Source: an uncultured Gammaproteobacteria bacterium
GTDB taxonomy: Bacteria; Patescibacteriota; Microgenomatia; UBA10105; UBA927
Direction of reading: 5' to 3'
NCBI GenBank assembly: GCA_964515005.1
Contig: CAZEVT010000001.1
Span: 229,616-293,615, forward strand
Length of the DNA: 64,000 nucleotides
Part shown: one piece after another, positions 10,200 to 18,756 of the stretch
Numbering within the stretch: position 1 is the stretch's first letter
Layout: each line of letters begins with the position of its first letter
Notes under the pieces: model-generated
The model's database searches: none
Told to the model about the DNA's origin: nothing
Seen by the model: the letters and a program-made list of their open reading frames with translations, nothing else
Made by a program: the position numbers and the translations under genes

Positions 10200-10714
10200 A
10201 GCGAATACTTCTCCTATTGGCAATTGGTATTGTCACCCTCCTCACATTTTCTTCGCAAAAATCCATTGAGGTTACGAAAGAGGCTACCTCAAGCGGGTCG
10301 CTCACGGTTGTCAAAGAAGAATTCTCACGTGTTAGTCGGGTTATTGATGGGGATACTGTCGAAATAGAGGGAGGGCGGCGGGTTCGGTATATTGGTGTTG
10401 ATACTCCGGAGGTAGCTCACGAAACGAAACCCCAAGAATGCTTTGCAAAAGAAGCAAGTGAGATCAATTCGTCCATCGTGTCCGGGAGTACCGTTCGATT
10501 AGTTCCAGATATTTCGGATACGGATGATTATGGCAGACTTCTGCGATATGTGTATGTGGGAGATATCCTGGTCAATGAAGCGCTCGTCCGGCAAGGGGCC
10601 GCCCGCGCAACTCCCATCCGGCCCGACACCACATTTGCAAACCGTCTGTATGCGGCCCAGCAGGAGGCCCGCGAAAACAACAGGGGATTGTGGAGTGGGT
10701 GTCTTGCCCAGTAG
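10196..10714 (+). CDS. Thermonuclease (SNase-like), exported
   Basis: RVIDGDT, VRYIGVDTPE and DDYGRLLRYV motifs; signal peptide. Confidence 0.9.
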   Translation: MKRILLLLAIGIVTLLTFSSQKSIEVTKEATSSGSLTVVKEEFSRVSRVIDGDTVEIEGGRRVRYIGVDTPEVAHETKPQECFAKEASEINSSIVSGSTVRLVPDISDTDDYGRLLRYVYVGDILVNEALVRQGAARATPIRPDTTFANRLYAAQQEARENNRGLWSGCLAQ

Positions 10715-10723
10715 ACTGGATAT

Positions 10724-11911
10724 ATGAAGTTTAAGCTGCCCCGGCGTCCATGGCACCACTGGGTATTTGCTGTGGTGATTGCGGGTATTGTTGTGTTGAC
10801 TCTTGCCACGTGGGGCTTAAAGACTATTGTCGTTCTTCAGCAGAAACTTGCCGGTACAACCCGAGAAAAAGATACATTGTCGGAACAGATGGCTTCGATT
10901 TCGGCAGAACTTGCGAGTCTGCAACATGAGGATCAGTTCAAAAAGAACCAGCAGCTTTCAACTGACATCAAACAAATCGAGTCGACCTACTCCCAAACCG
11001 TTGTCGTCTACGAAGATCTTCTGCGTCTCAAAGAGGTCTCAAAAGATACAAAAAAATTTGATGACGGATTTGCCGCTATCCTTTCTCTTCTTGCAAAACG
11101 CGACTATACCAAGGCCGCCGCAAGCCTCTTGAGTCTTCGTGATGACATAAAGGCGGCGCAGGGTAAAATCGCCTCATCGTTTGTTATCCCGCCGAACGTG
11201 CCGGCAAGTAACGCCGCTCCGGGATCCGGCTACAGCAGACAATCGGTAACCACGGACGCCGGCACCTTTATGGTCAGTCTCATCGCCGCAGACTTGGGAA
11301 GTACCCGTGTGTATGTGGATACGGCCTCCGCAAGTACGTGTACCAACAATTGTCCGGTACTATCTCTTGCCGATTACGTCTCCCGCAACGGTGCGTTTGC
11401 AGGGGTCAACGGTTCGTATTTTTGTCCGGCGGACTATCCCAGCTGCAGCGGCAAAACCAATTCGTTTGATACGTTGCTGATGAACAAAAATAAAGTATAT
11501 TTTAATTCGGAAAACAATGTGTACAGCAATGTCCCGGCGGTCATATTCGGAAACGGATCTATCCGCTTTGTGGGGGCCTCGAGCCAGTGGGGACGCGATA
11601 CGGGGATCGATAGCATGATTGCCATGCAGCCGCTTCTTTTGTCCGGAGGCGCCATTGCCTTCGGCGCCAATAGTGATCCCAAAGAAGGATCCAAGGGAAG
11701 CCGGTCGTTTGTTGCGAGCCGCGGAAACACCGTCTACATAGGCGTCGTCCACAGTGCAACCGTTGCCGAGTCTGCGCGAGTGATGAAAGCCCTTGGCATG
11801 GACAACGCCCTTAATTTGGACGATGGAGGCTCCACCGCGCTCTGGTCCGGCGGCTACAAAGTCGGTCCGGGAAGAGCACTCCCGAACGCAATATTGTTTG
11901 TGAGAAAATAA
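10724..11911 (+). CDS. Phosphodiester glycosidase (NAGPA) family protein with N-terminal TM and coiled coil
   Basis: AGVNGSYF and ALNLDDGGSTAL motifs. Confidence 0.8.
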   Translation: MKFKLPRRPWHHWVFAVVIAGIVVLTLATWGLKTIVVLQQKLAGTTREKDTLSEQMASISAELASLQHEDQFKKNQQLSTDIKQIESTYSQTVVVYEDLLRLKEVSKDTKKFDDGFAAILSLLAKRDYTKAAASLLSLRDDIKAAQGKIASSFVIPPNVPASNAAPGSGYSRQSVTTDAGTFMVSLIAADLGSTRVYVDTASASTCTNNCPVLSLADYVSRNGAFAGVNGSYFCPADYPSCSGKTNSFDTLLMNKNKVYFNSENNVYSNVPAVIFGNGSIRFVGASSQWGRDTGIDSMIAMQPLLLSGGAIAFGANSDPKEGSKGSRSFVASRGNTVYIGVVHSATVAESARVMKALGMDNALNLDDGGSTALWSGGYKVGPGRALPNAILFVRK

Positions 11912-11952
11912 ACCTTGTAAAAAAACGCTGTCAATGAAACAATAACGGTGCC

Positions 11953-12816
11953 ATGCCAGATCCTATTTCTACTGACGATTTATATGGTCCATCCAATCCG
12001 CCGACACCGGAAGGGACGCCGCCCGCGCCCGCAGCGCCGCAAATCCCCATAGAAGAGACGCCGGAAATACCCATGCAGAAACCCAGCGTGCCGCCGCGCC
12101 CTGCGCATAAAGGATCGTTTTTATCCAGTCTTGGCGCGCTCATCATATTTGTCGGCCTGTTCGGTGTGGGCGTATGGCTGTCGAGTTACATTCGGCAGTA
12201 TATGCCCGACGGTTTAGTAGGTTTGACGCCCGCCCAGCAGGAAGTCGTCAGTGCCCCCACCCCGACGCCGATACCCGTTGATCCTCTAGCCTCGTGGAAA
12301 ACGTATCCGGTGATAAGCGGGGTAGCAAAGACTCCGGTTTCGGGGATTTCTTTCAGGCTTCCTCCAGATATGCTTGCCCCAGATTGCGATACGACCACCT
12401 GCATGTCGCAGGGGACCTATTTAACCGGTGGCACCAGACTGACCGTTGCCCCCCGCGGTACCGGTCAGGGGCTTGTTGATTTCCGCGGGAGCACCATAAC
12501 CGACGCGGCAGGAACATTCTTCACGACCAAAACAGCAGTCGTTGGGGGACACCGGGCTCTGTCGTTTACCGGAATATTCGCGGGTAAAACCGCGGGCGGA
12601 TACGGATTTTCCCAGATGCACGGATATATGATTGAGGCGACCCCCACGCTGTCTTTGGAAATCAATCACTTTACCCCGACCGGCGTGACTGCCGACTGGG
12701 CAAACGATGAGGCTCTTTTTGAACAGATTGTAGGAGCCCTCATGCTTCCTTCTGCCGCGCCAACAATTCCCATTGCGACCTCGACCCCCAAGCCCGCAAC
12801 AACATCAGGATATTAA
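11953..12816 (+). CDS. Hypothetical single-TM protein with Pro/Thr-rich linkers
   Basis: Pro-rich N-terminus, one TM, PTPTP linker and an extracellular domain. Confidence 0.65.
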   Translation: MPDPISTDDLYGPSNPPTPEGTPPAPAAPQIPIEETPEIPMQKPSVPPRPAHKGSFLSSLGALIIFVGLFGVGVWLSSYIRQYMPDGLVGLTPAQQEVVSAPTPTPIPVDPLASWKTYPVISGVAKTPVSGISFRLPPDMLAPDCDTTTCMSQGTYLTGGTRLTVAPRGTGQGLVDFRGSTITDAAGTFFTTKTAVVGGHRALSFTGIFAGKTAGGYGFSQMHGYMIEATPTLSLEINHFTPTGVTADWANDEALFEQIVGALMLPSAAPTIPIATSTPKPATTSGY

Positions 12817-13370
12817 TAAAACGCGGTTAAAGGCTTCACTTGTGCAGGAGGTGTCATTTTAAAATTCATTACCTTAAGCTGAGCAGCCACAAGAGGCTCA
12901 TCATGTAACTTCGAATTAAAGCGAAATAATGACCATACGGTCTTTGTTAAAGGTTCTTTTGTCCCACCTCGCATTTCTGTACTAGATAATCTTGAAAGAT
13001 AAACTTCTGGAACGGAGGTTGTAAACCAATCATTTGTTTGAATATATTCATGTTCTGGGGAAGAATCTGATTCTCCTTGTCCATATAGTTTTGGTGATAA
13101 TGTATCCAAAAGTAATTTTTTGAAACGATCGAGCGAAGGGTGTTCTGGCGACGCATCGTCTGATACATGTCTCCATAAACCGCGTTGCTCTGCTTTTCCT
13201 TGTAAAACTTCTAGAACGCTATCCCGAGCTTCGTTTACCTCGTTATCATCATGGAGAACACCGGCTTTTTTATGCAGCTGCCTGTATTGCTTTTGTTCGA
13301 CTGGAGTTATTCGAAATGCGCTGATCGCATTGACTATTGATGCGTCTACTTCTTTCGCTAGGTCTGCCAT
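12813..13370 (-). CDS. Hypothetical protein (AT-richer orphan)
   Basis: 185-aa ORF directly downstream of valS with a TATAAT-like box upstream; no recognised motif. Confidence 0.55.
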   Translation of the reverse strand: MADLAKEVDASIVNAISAFRITPVEQKQYRQLHKKAGVLHDDNEVNEARDSVLEVLQGKAEQRGLWRHVSDDASPEHPSLDRFKKLLLDTLSPKLYGQGESDSSPEHEYIQTNDWFTTSVPEVYLSRLSSTEMRGGTKEPLTKTVWSLFRFNSKLHDEPLVAAQLKVMNFKMTPPAQVKPLTAFY

Positions 13371-13382
13371 ATGTGAGCAAAA

Positions 13383-15455
13383 TTATAGCACGGGCCACGG
13401 AGAAATGATAAGGGGAGTTTTTTCTTCGTGTGAAAGTTTGCTCCAGATCTCCTCCGTCACAAACGGCATGAACGGGTGGAGGAGAGTCAGTAACGTCTTA
13501 TAAGAATCCGAAAGTACAGAATAGGAGATTTCCTGCTTCTTATATGCTTCAAGGAACCTGTCTGCAAATGTGTGCCAAATGAATTCATACAGTTCTTCCG
13601 CGGCTTGACCAAATTGATAGGCGTCTAATCGTTTTGTCGTCGTTTTTACGATCGCAGATATTTCTGTCTGTAATTTTTTATCCAGCGGTGAGTCGTTTTC
13701 ATTTTTTGTTTCTATCGTCGTTATGAACCGTGCGATATTCCAGAGTTTGTTGGCAAAGTTGCGCATTCCCCGAATTTTATCTTCGGAGACGGATAGGTCA
13801 TTGCCCGCGGCCGACCCATGGACAAGCGACATGCGGAGCGCATCGGCGCCGTATTGGTCGACCATTTTAAGAGGATTGATCACATTCCCCTTGGATTTGC
13901 TCATTTTCGCACCCTTGGCATCACGAACCAAGCCATGGAGGTAGATTGTCCGGAAAGGCACCTCACGGGTCATGTACAGCCCCAGCATGAGCATGCGGCA
14001 TACCCATACGGGCAAAATATCATAGCCTGTTTCCATGACTGACGTCGGGTAAAAATATTCAAAGTCTCCGGGTTGATTTGCCTTCAGTGTCGCAAATGGC
14101 CATTGGCCGGAAGAAAACCATGTGTCAAAGTTGTCGGCGTCCTGCACAAGATTGGTTTTGCCGCACGCAATACACGCCGTTGGTGTTTCACCGCTTGTTA
14201 CGGTCCAGGCATTGCAATCATCGCAGTGCCAAGCCGGAATCCGAATGCCCCATACAATCTGCCGGGAAATATTCCAATCATGGAAATTGGTAAGCCACAT
14301 GGTGGCGATTTTTTCAAATCGTCTCGGGACAAAGGTAATTTTTTTCTCCTTAATGGCTTTTTTGGCTTCATCGGTTACCGGTTTTACTTTTATATGCCAC
14401 TGGGAAAGCGGCAAAGGTTCCAGGACGTTGCCGCACTTATAGCAGGTGGCAACGGTGTGTGTATAGGCGGCATCGATGTGATCCAAGAGTCCTTTGGCCT
14501 CCAAATCTTTTGCGACCTGTTCACGGGCGGCATTCACCTTCATGCCTTTATAGTGGCCTGCGATATCGGTGAGTCTGCCGTCAAAGCCTATGACCTGTTT
14601 CATCGGCAAGTCATGGCGTTTTCCAATTTCAAAATCCGTAAAGTCATGAGCGGGTGTAACTTTGGCAACGCCGGTCCCGAATGTCGGATCAATAGCGGCA
14701 TCGCCTACGACTTTCACCTTGAAAGGTCCGAGTAGTCCTTCAACCGTAATTTCTTTGCCGATCCACTGTTTGTACCGCTTGTCTTTTGGGTGGACTGCAA
14801 CCGCGGTGTCGCCGAATTTCGTTTCCGGGCGTACGGTTGCAAGAACGAACGGTCCATATTTCATGTAATACAACGGATCAGTGCGCTCCACGTGGACGAC
14901 TTCTAAATCGGAAAAGCTTGTGCCATCGCGCGTACAATAATTTACGAGCCCTGCGGCCCGGTACACCAAGCCGTCATCAAACATTTTTTTGAACGTTTGA
15001 TGGACAATCGCGACGATTTTCGGGTCCAAGGTAAAAGTATTTCGAGACCAGTCAAGCGAAAATCCAAGCCGCCGGAGCTGATTTTCCATGGTGCCGCGAT
15101 TGGCATGCACGAAGTCCCAGATATTTTTGTAGAGCGTCTCGCGGTCAAAATCAAAGCGGCTCTTGTTCTCTTTCCCTAGTTGTTTTTCGTACACATACTG
15201 CGTTTCGAATCCCGCGTGATCGGCGCCAGGGAGCCAGAGCGTGGGGTCTCCTTTCATTCGGTGGTAGCGAACCATGATATCTTCAACCACATACATCGCG
15301 TGCCCGAGGTGTAGGTCTGCATTGGCGTTCGGGGGAGGGAGGAGGACGGTAAAAGGTTTTTTCTTTTTATCAATCTTTGGCGAAAAATACCCCCCCTTTT
15401 CCCACAGTTCGTAGATTTTTCCTTCAACGGCCGCTGGATTGTACGCTTTGTCCAT
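13383..15455 (-). CDS. valS: Valine--tRNA ligase, short form without the C-terminal coiled-coil arm
   Basis: PPPNAN..LHLGHA, DWNISRQIVWG and KMSKSKGN motifs; start MDKAYNP at 15455. Confidence 0.97.
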   Translation of the reverse strand: MDKAYNPAAVEGKIYELWEKGGYFSPKIDKKKKPFTVLLPPPNANADLHLGHAMYVVEDIMVRYHRMKGDPTLWLPGADHAGFETQYVYEKQLGKENKSRFDFDRETLYKNIWDFVHANRGTMENQLRRLGFSLDWSRNTFTLDPKIVAIVHQTFKKMFDDGLVYRAAGLVNYCTRDGTSFSDLEVVHVERTDPLYYMKYGPFVLATVRPETKFGDTAVAVHPKDKRYKQWIGKEITVEGLLGPFKVKVVGDAAIDPTFGTGVAKVTPAHDFTDFEIGKRHDLPMKQVIGFDGRLTDIAGHYKGMKVNAAREQVAKDLEAKGLLDHIDAAYTHTVATCYKCGNVLEPLPLSQWHIKVKPVTDEAKKAIKEKKITFVPRRFEKIATMWLTNFHDWNISRQIVWGIRIPAWHCDDCNAWTVTSGETPTACIACGKTNLVQDADNFDTWFSSGQWPFATLKANQPGDFEYFYPTSVMETGYDILPVWVCRMLMLGLYMTREVPFRTIYLHGLVRDAKGAKMSKSKGNVINPLKMVDQYGADALRMSLVHGSAAGNDLSVSEDKIRGMRNFANKLWNIARFITTIETKNENDSPLDKKLQTEISAIVKTTTKRLDAYQFGQAAEELYEFIWHTFADRFLEAYKKQEISYSVLSDSYKTLLTLLHPFMPFVTEEIWSKLSHEEKTPLIISPWPVL

Positions 15456-15502
15456 GAGGCAATTGTACTCTAGGGGCGCGCTGTGCGGCAAGCGTACTGG
15501 TG

Positions 15503-15778
15503 TTACCAGTCTTTTGAGGAACTATCCCTGCGGGCGCCCAGGCCAGCCAACAATCCACTGAGCCACGGTTGGATGTGGTGTGGTCGTCCGTTCGGTTGGC
15601 TTCTGTCAGGACGCCTGAATAGTCGACGAATATTGCGGGCAAACAAATTTTGTTGCCGGGTGGTTGCATCATTACCCGCAAAGACGTCTTCAATACCGTC
15701 TGTAAGATGTGTTTGGGGAACTTCTATTGATATCTTTGCCATGACGGTGATTATACCGTCAGCACCAGGAGGCGACAA
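15503..15778 (-). CDS. Small hypothetical protein
   Basis: ORF between the recombinase and valS on the same strand; start uncertain. Confidence 0.35.
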   Translation of the reverse strand: MSPPGADGIITVMAKISIEVPQTHLTDGIEDVFAGNDATTRQQNLFARNIRRLFRRPDRSQPNGRPHHIQPWLSGLLAGLGARRDSSSKDW

Positions 15779-15786
15779 GCGGAGAA

Positions 15787-16647
15787 TTAGAGCTCTTCGA
15801 GTTTGACGGCATCGGTGGCTTTGTCCTTCACCAGTTCTAGGTACCGTTCGGTTGTGGAGAGTCGCTTGTGGCCGACGAGCTTACTAAGCGTTGTGATTGA
15901 GGTTCCCGCCATTAAATGGTGGGCGATGAAAGTGTGGCGCAAATCGTTGACCTTCGCGCCTTCAATTCCCGCGATTCTAAAGTATCGGTCAATCGCGGTC
16001 CTAATGTTGCGGATAAGAAGCGGCCTGCCGGTTTTGGTGATAAAGAGGGCCTTGCTTTGTGCGTTTGTATTTCGCGTGGAAACATACCTATCCAGCGCCT
16101 CCTTAGCCGCTTTATTCAAGGGCACATCGCGTTCAGCGTGGCCTTCCTGGGCCGCAACATGGAGCTCGGTGTCGCTGGCGTCCGGTACGGTTAAGGCCGC
16201 AAGCTCGCCGATTCTGATGCCGGTTTGAAGGAACAGTTCCACAATGGCGTACATTCGGATGTCTCCGCGGCACGCGTCCCGAAGGGCCCGGTATTCGATT
16301 TTAGAGAGAATCCGGGGTGGCTTGACCTCATATTTGGGATGCGCAATTTCAATCGCCGGATCCATGGTGACGGCGCCTGAAGCCTTTAAAAATCGGAAAA
16401 AGGTCTTGATGGAGTTGATTTTACGGGAGATCGACTTGGGCGTGTATTTGTCGCTTGCGAGTTTCTTCAAAAACGCCTCGAGTTCGTCGCGGGTGATCTC
16501 GCCAATCGTCTTTTTGCCCATATTGGTCAAAAACTGGACGACCTGTTCGATGTCTTTGCCGTATGCTACGATGGTAGCGCGGGCCCGCCTGCGGCTCGTC
16601 AGGTACTCGGTAAATTGCGTATGTGCGGTCTTCAGGTCAAGTGCCAT
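15787..16647 (-). CDS. XerC/XerD-like tyrosine recombinase
   Basis: N-terminal SAM-like domain, TGIRIGE, NDLRHTF and LVGH..LSTTERY catalytic motifs. Confidence 0.9.
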   Translation of the reverse strand: MALDLKTAHTQFTEYLTSRRRARATIVAYGKDIEQVVQFLTNMGKKTIGEITRDELEAFLKKLASDKYTPKSISRKINSIKTFFRFLKASGAVTMDPAIEIAHPKYEVKPPRILSKIEYRALRDACRGDIRMYAIVELFLQTGIRIGELAALTVPDASDTELHVAAQEGHAERDVPLNKAAKEALDRYVSTRNTNAQSKALFITKTGRPLLIRNIRTAIDRYFRIAGIEGAKVNDLRHTFIAHHLMAGTSITTLSKLVGHKRLSTTERYLELVKDKATDAVKLEEL

Positions 16648-16704
16648 ATGGGTATTAGAGTCCTATAATATCACGAAATACGCTTAAGTTCAAGGGAGAA
16701 TATT

Positions 16705-17073
16705 ATGCCTGAACATATTGTATTCAAAATAGCACGAAATAGGTACATACGAGGGCTTGTTCTCGTATTTTTGGTCCTCGTGGGAGTCGGGGTCCTGCGC
16801 ACAGTCTATACCATATCCCAAAAACAAGGAATTGTTGCCGAAAGGAAAGCGGTCCTTGAGGCTGAAGAGGCGAAAAACAGGGAGCTTACCGCACGCCTGG
16901 AGGAAGCCACAAGCGCGGCGTTTGTTGAACGGATTGCACGGGACAAGCTGGGGCTGGTTCGCGCGGGGGAGACGGTGATTATCATGGATAAATCACAAGT
17001 TTTAAACCTCAACGACAAAGGAAGGCTTCAAGAATTGCCTTCATGGAAGCAGTGGTGGGAGCTATTTTTCTAG
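16705..17073 (+). CDS. Septum formation initiator (FtsB/DivIC family)
   Basis: TM plus coiled coil plus FVERIARDKLGLVRAGE motif. Confidence 0.85.
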   Translation: MPEHIVFKIARNRYIRGLVLVFLVLVGVGVLRTVYTISQKQGIVAERKAVLEAEEAKNRELTARLEEATSAAFVERIARDKLGLVRAGETVIIMDKSQVLNLNDKGRLQELPSWKQWWELFF

Positions 17074-17145
17074 TGCCAGCGGCAGGGATCGGACCTGCTA
17101 CCAATGCTTTATGATAGCATCGCTCTACCAATGAGCTACGCTGGC
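17074..17145 (-). tRNA. tRNA with CAU anticodon (elongator Met or Ile2); CCA not encoded
   Basis: Reverse complement folds as GCCAGCG-TA-GCTC-ATTGGTA-GAGC-G-ATGCT-ATCATAA-AGCAT-TGGTA-GCAGG-TCCGATC-CCTGC-CGCTGGC-A, with all four stems perfectly paired. Confidence 0.9.
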
Positions 17146-17148
17146 AAT

Positions 17149-17179
17149 GAGATCCCTCGACTTCGCTCGGGATGATGAC
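17149..17179. repeat. Short REP-like palindromic element (GATCCCTCGACTTCGCTCGGGATGA)
   Basis: Imperfect hairpin sharing the core CCyTCGAC-n2/3-GCTCrGG with the element at 28819-28837. Confidence 0.5.
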
Positions 17180-17285
17180 TACATCATTTTACCGGTTTTG
17201 AGGCCAAAAGGCAATTTAGGCCGCATCAAATGCGGCACAAAGGGCCGTAATCGTAAATAACGTGTAGTTATTTACGAACGAGCCC

Positions 17286-17834
17286 TTAGTACGTCGTGAT
17301 GTGAATGCGGGATTGAGAGAGATTGGCGGTGAACTTCAGCTGCGTTTTCATTTGGACCTGATAAAGCTTACTTCCTTTATCCAGGGTAATGGGGGAGGAG
17401 GTTAAAAGAATGGGTCCCGTGGTATCCATCGAGACATCGGAAAACCACACCGGATGCTTATCGGTCGCGTTAAACAGGCGCGCGTACGCGGTTTGATTGC
17501 CGGTTGGCACGGAAACCGTTGCTTCAAACACGACTTTTTTGATTTTAGGGTACTGCGCCGTGTCCACATATGCCGAGGCGCCGGCTACATCCGTCCACTC
17601 ATCGGTGACGTTCGTGCCAGTGCCTAGCGGCACAAAATACTCTTTGGCTGTTGACCCTGCGGTTCCGGTGAGTTTGTTGATGGCCGACAGACAAGCAGAC
17701 GGACAGGCCGATGCGGCGGTTGTTTGGCCAAGCACGAACGTCTCGTTCCGGAAATTTTTGATGACGAAATAGTTAAGCACGATGAGGTTGACCAGAATGA
17801 GAATCAGTGGCAACGAAAACTTTTTGGTTTTCAT
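17286..17834 (-). CDS. Hypothetical exported/membrane-anchored protein
   Basis: N-terminal TM, VLGQ..CPSAC motif and a beta-rich C-terminal domain; overlaps the relE stop. Confidence 0.6.
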   Translation of the reverse strand: MKTKKFSLPLILILVNLIVLNYFVIKNFRNETFVLGQTTAASACPSACLSAINKLTGTAGSTAKEYFVPLGTGTNVTDEWTDVAGASAYVDTAQYPKIKKVVFEATVSVPTGNQTAYARLFNATDKHPVWFSDVSMDTTGPILLTSSPITLDKGSKLYQVQMKTQLKFTANLSQSRIHITTY

Positions 17835-18088
17835 TTATATACTCCTTGCCGGTGTTCGATTTTCACAACTCTCACTGTACTCGTTTTTACATCAAAACGA
17901 TAGATGATGCGATAATCTCCAACTCGATACTTATAATACCCTTTAAGTTCTCCATGTAATTTGATTCCGGAAATTGGATTTTGCTTTAAAGATGCGTAGG
18001 CATGGATAATCCGTTCCTGTGTTGATAAGGGAAATTTCAAAAAAAGCTTATCTGTGCTTCGTTCAACGACGAAATATCTAGCGGGCAT
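17831..18088 (-). CDS. Type II TA toxin, RelE/ParE family
   Basis: 85 aa; KLHGELKGYYKYRVGDYRIIY and IEHRQGVY motifs. Confidence 0.92.
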   Translation of the reverse strand: MPARYFVVERSTDKLFLKFPLSTQERIIHAYASLKQNPISGIKLHGELKGYYKYRVGDYRIIYRFDVKTSTVRVVKIEHRQGVYK

Positions 18089-18350
18089 GAGATGTAAATC
18101 GTTTCTTTATATTTTTTAGGGTTACATAATTGCCTTTAGCGATTTCTTTTTCGGCTTTACGAATATCGCTCATTGAATGGGTGAGAGAGTAAATGGTTTC
18201 TTCCAGTTCATCAAGATAATCAGGGGATATGAGTGTGGCCTTAACCCGACCATTTTTTGTGACGTCCACACGGGTATATTCCTCGTCAATTTTATCAACG
18301 AGGGTAAGGAAATTTTTTCGAGCTTGGGTTACAGGAATAACATACGTCAT
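18078..18350 (-). CDS. Type II TA antitoxin, Phd/YefM family
   Basis: VTQARKNF..LVDK, VTKNGR..A.LIS..Y..LEET; overlaps the toxin start. Confidence 0.92.
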   Translation of the reverse strand: MTYVIPVTQARKNFLTLVDKIDEEYTRVDVTKNGRVKATLISPDYLDELEETIYSLTHSMSDIRKAEKEIAKGNYVTLKNIKKRFTSHAR

Positions 18351-18356
18351 AATGAA

Positions 18357-18385
18357 AGTGTACACTTAAATGTACACTTTGTCAA
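18357..18385 (-). promoter_or_regulatory. TA operon promoter with two TGTACA operator palindromes
   Basis: Minus-strand TTGACA (18385-18380), 17-bp spacer, TACACT (18362-18357); TGTACA at 18359-18364 and 18371-18376. Confidence 0.75.
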
Positions 18386-18389
18386 TGAG

Positions 18390-18418
18390 TTGTCGTTTGA
18401 CGAGCATTGAGCTATAAT
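18390..18418 (+). promoter_or_regulatory. Sigma70-type promoter for the intron-containing tRNA
   Basis: TTGTCG (18390-18395), 17 bp, TATAAT (18413-18418). Confidence 0.6.
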
Positions 18419-18439
18419 AGGGTTGTTCTTTAGAAGAAT

Positions 18440-18703
18440 CGCGGGGTAGTGTAGAGTAGCACAGAAGGCTCAATATGGGCCCGTCGATATGCAAGTATCG
18501 GATGAAAATTTGGCTGTATCGGTGAAACCCAGATCGGGCAATACCGAGGCAACCTCCGATTAATCGGAGAGAGTCCGTAGAGACTATACGCCAAACCCTC
18601 ACAATACAGTGAGGAGATGATATAGTCCGGCACTCCCAGGAATGGGAGAATAACAGAAAAGCATAATCTTCTAGACCAGGCGCGCCTCCTGGCCCCGCAA
18701 CCA
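18440..18703 (+). tRNA. Initiator-type tRNA-Met(CAU) split by a group I intron (exons 18440-18470 and 18662-18703)
   Basis: Spliced product CGCGGGG-TA-GTGT-AGAGTA-GCAC-A-GAAGG-CT^CATAA-TCTTC-TAGA-CCAGG-CGCGCCT-CCTGG-CCCCGCA-A-CCA; C1:A72 mismatch; encoded CCA. Confidence 0.88.
18471..18661 (+). ncRNA. Group I self-splicing intron (IC3-like), 191 nt, no ORF
   Basis: P1 with U18470-G18478 wobble; P10 TATG/CATA; P2 GCAA tetraloop; P3 TTTGGC/GCCAAA; P/Q TATCGGTGAAA..AATACCGAG; R/S GAGACTA..GATATAGTCC (P7); P8 and P9 hairpins; terminal omega G18661. Confidence 0.92.
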
Positions 18704-18709
18704 AGACAC

Positions 18710-18738
18710 AAAAAAGCGACCGGAAGGGTCGCTTTTTG
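18710..18738. terminator. Bidirectional intrinsic terminator between the tRNA and the RRM gene
   Basis: AAAAAGCGACC-GGAAG-GGTCGCTTTTT. Confidence 0.85.
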
Positions 18739-18756
18739 TTTGATATACAAATTTGT

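Noticed and set aside
17219-17286. Hairpins CCGCAT/ATGCGG and TCGTAAATAAC/GTTATTTACGA
   Set aside because: Single copies, most simply a terminator or stability hairpin of the upstream minus-strand operon; no evidence for an ncRNA family
15787-18703. Integrative element defined by the recombinase, tRNAs and TA module
   Set aside because: No duplicated tRNA 3' end or att repeat is seen, and the recombinase is flanked by housekeeping genes (valS, ftsB-like)
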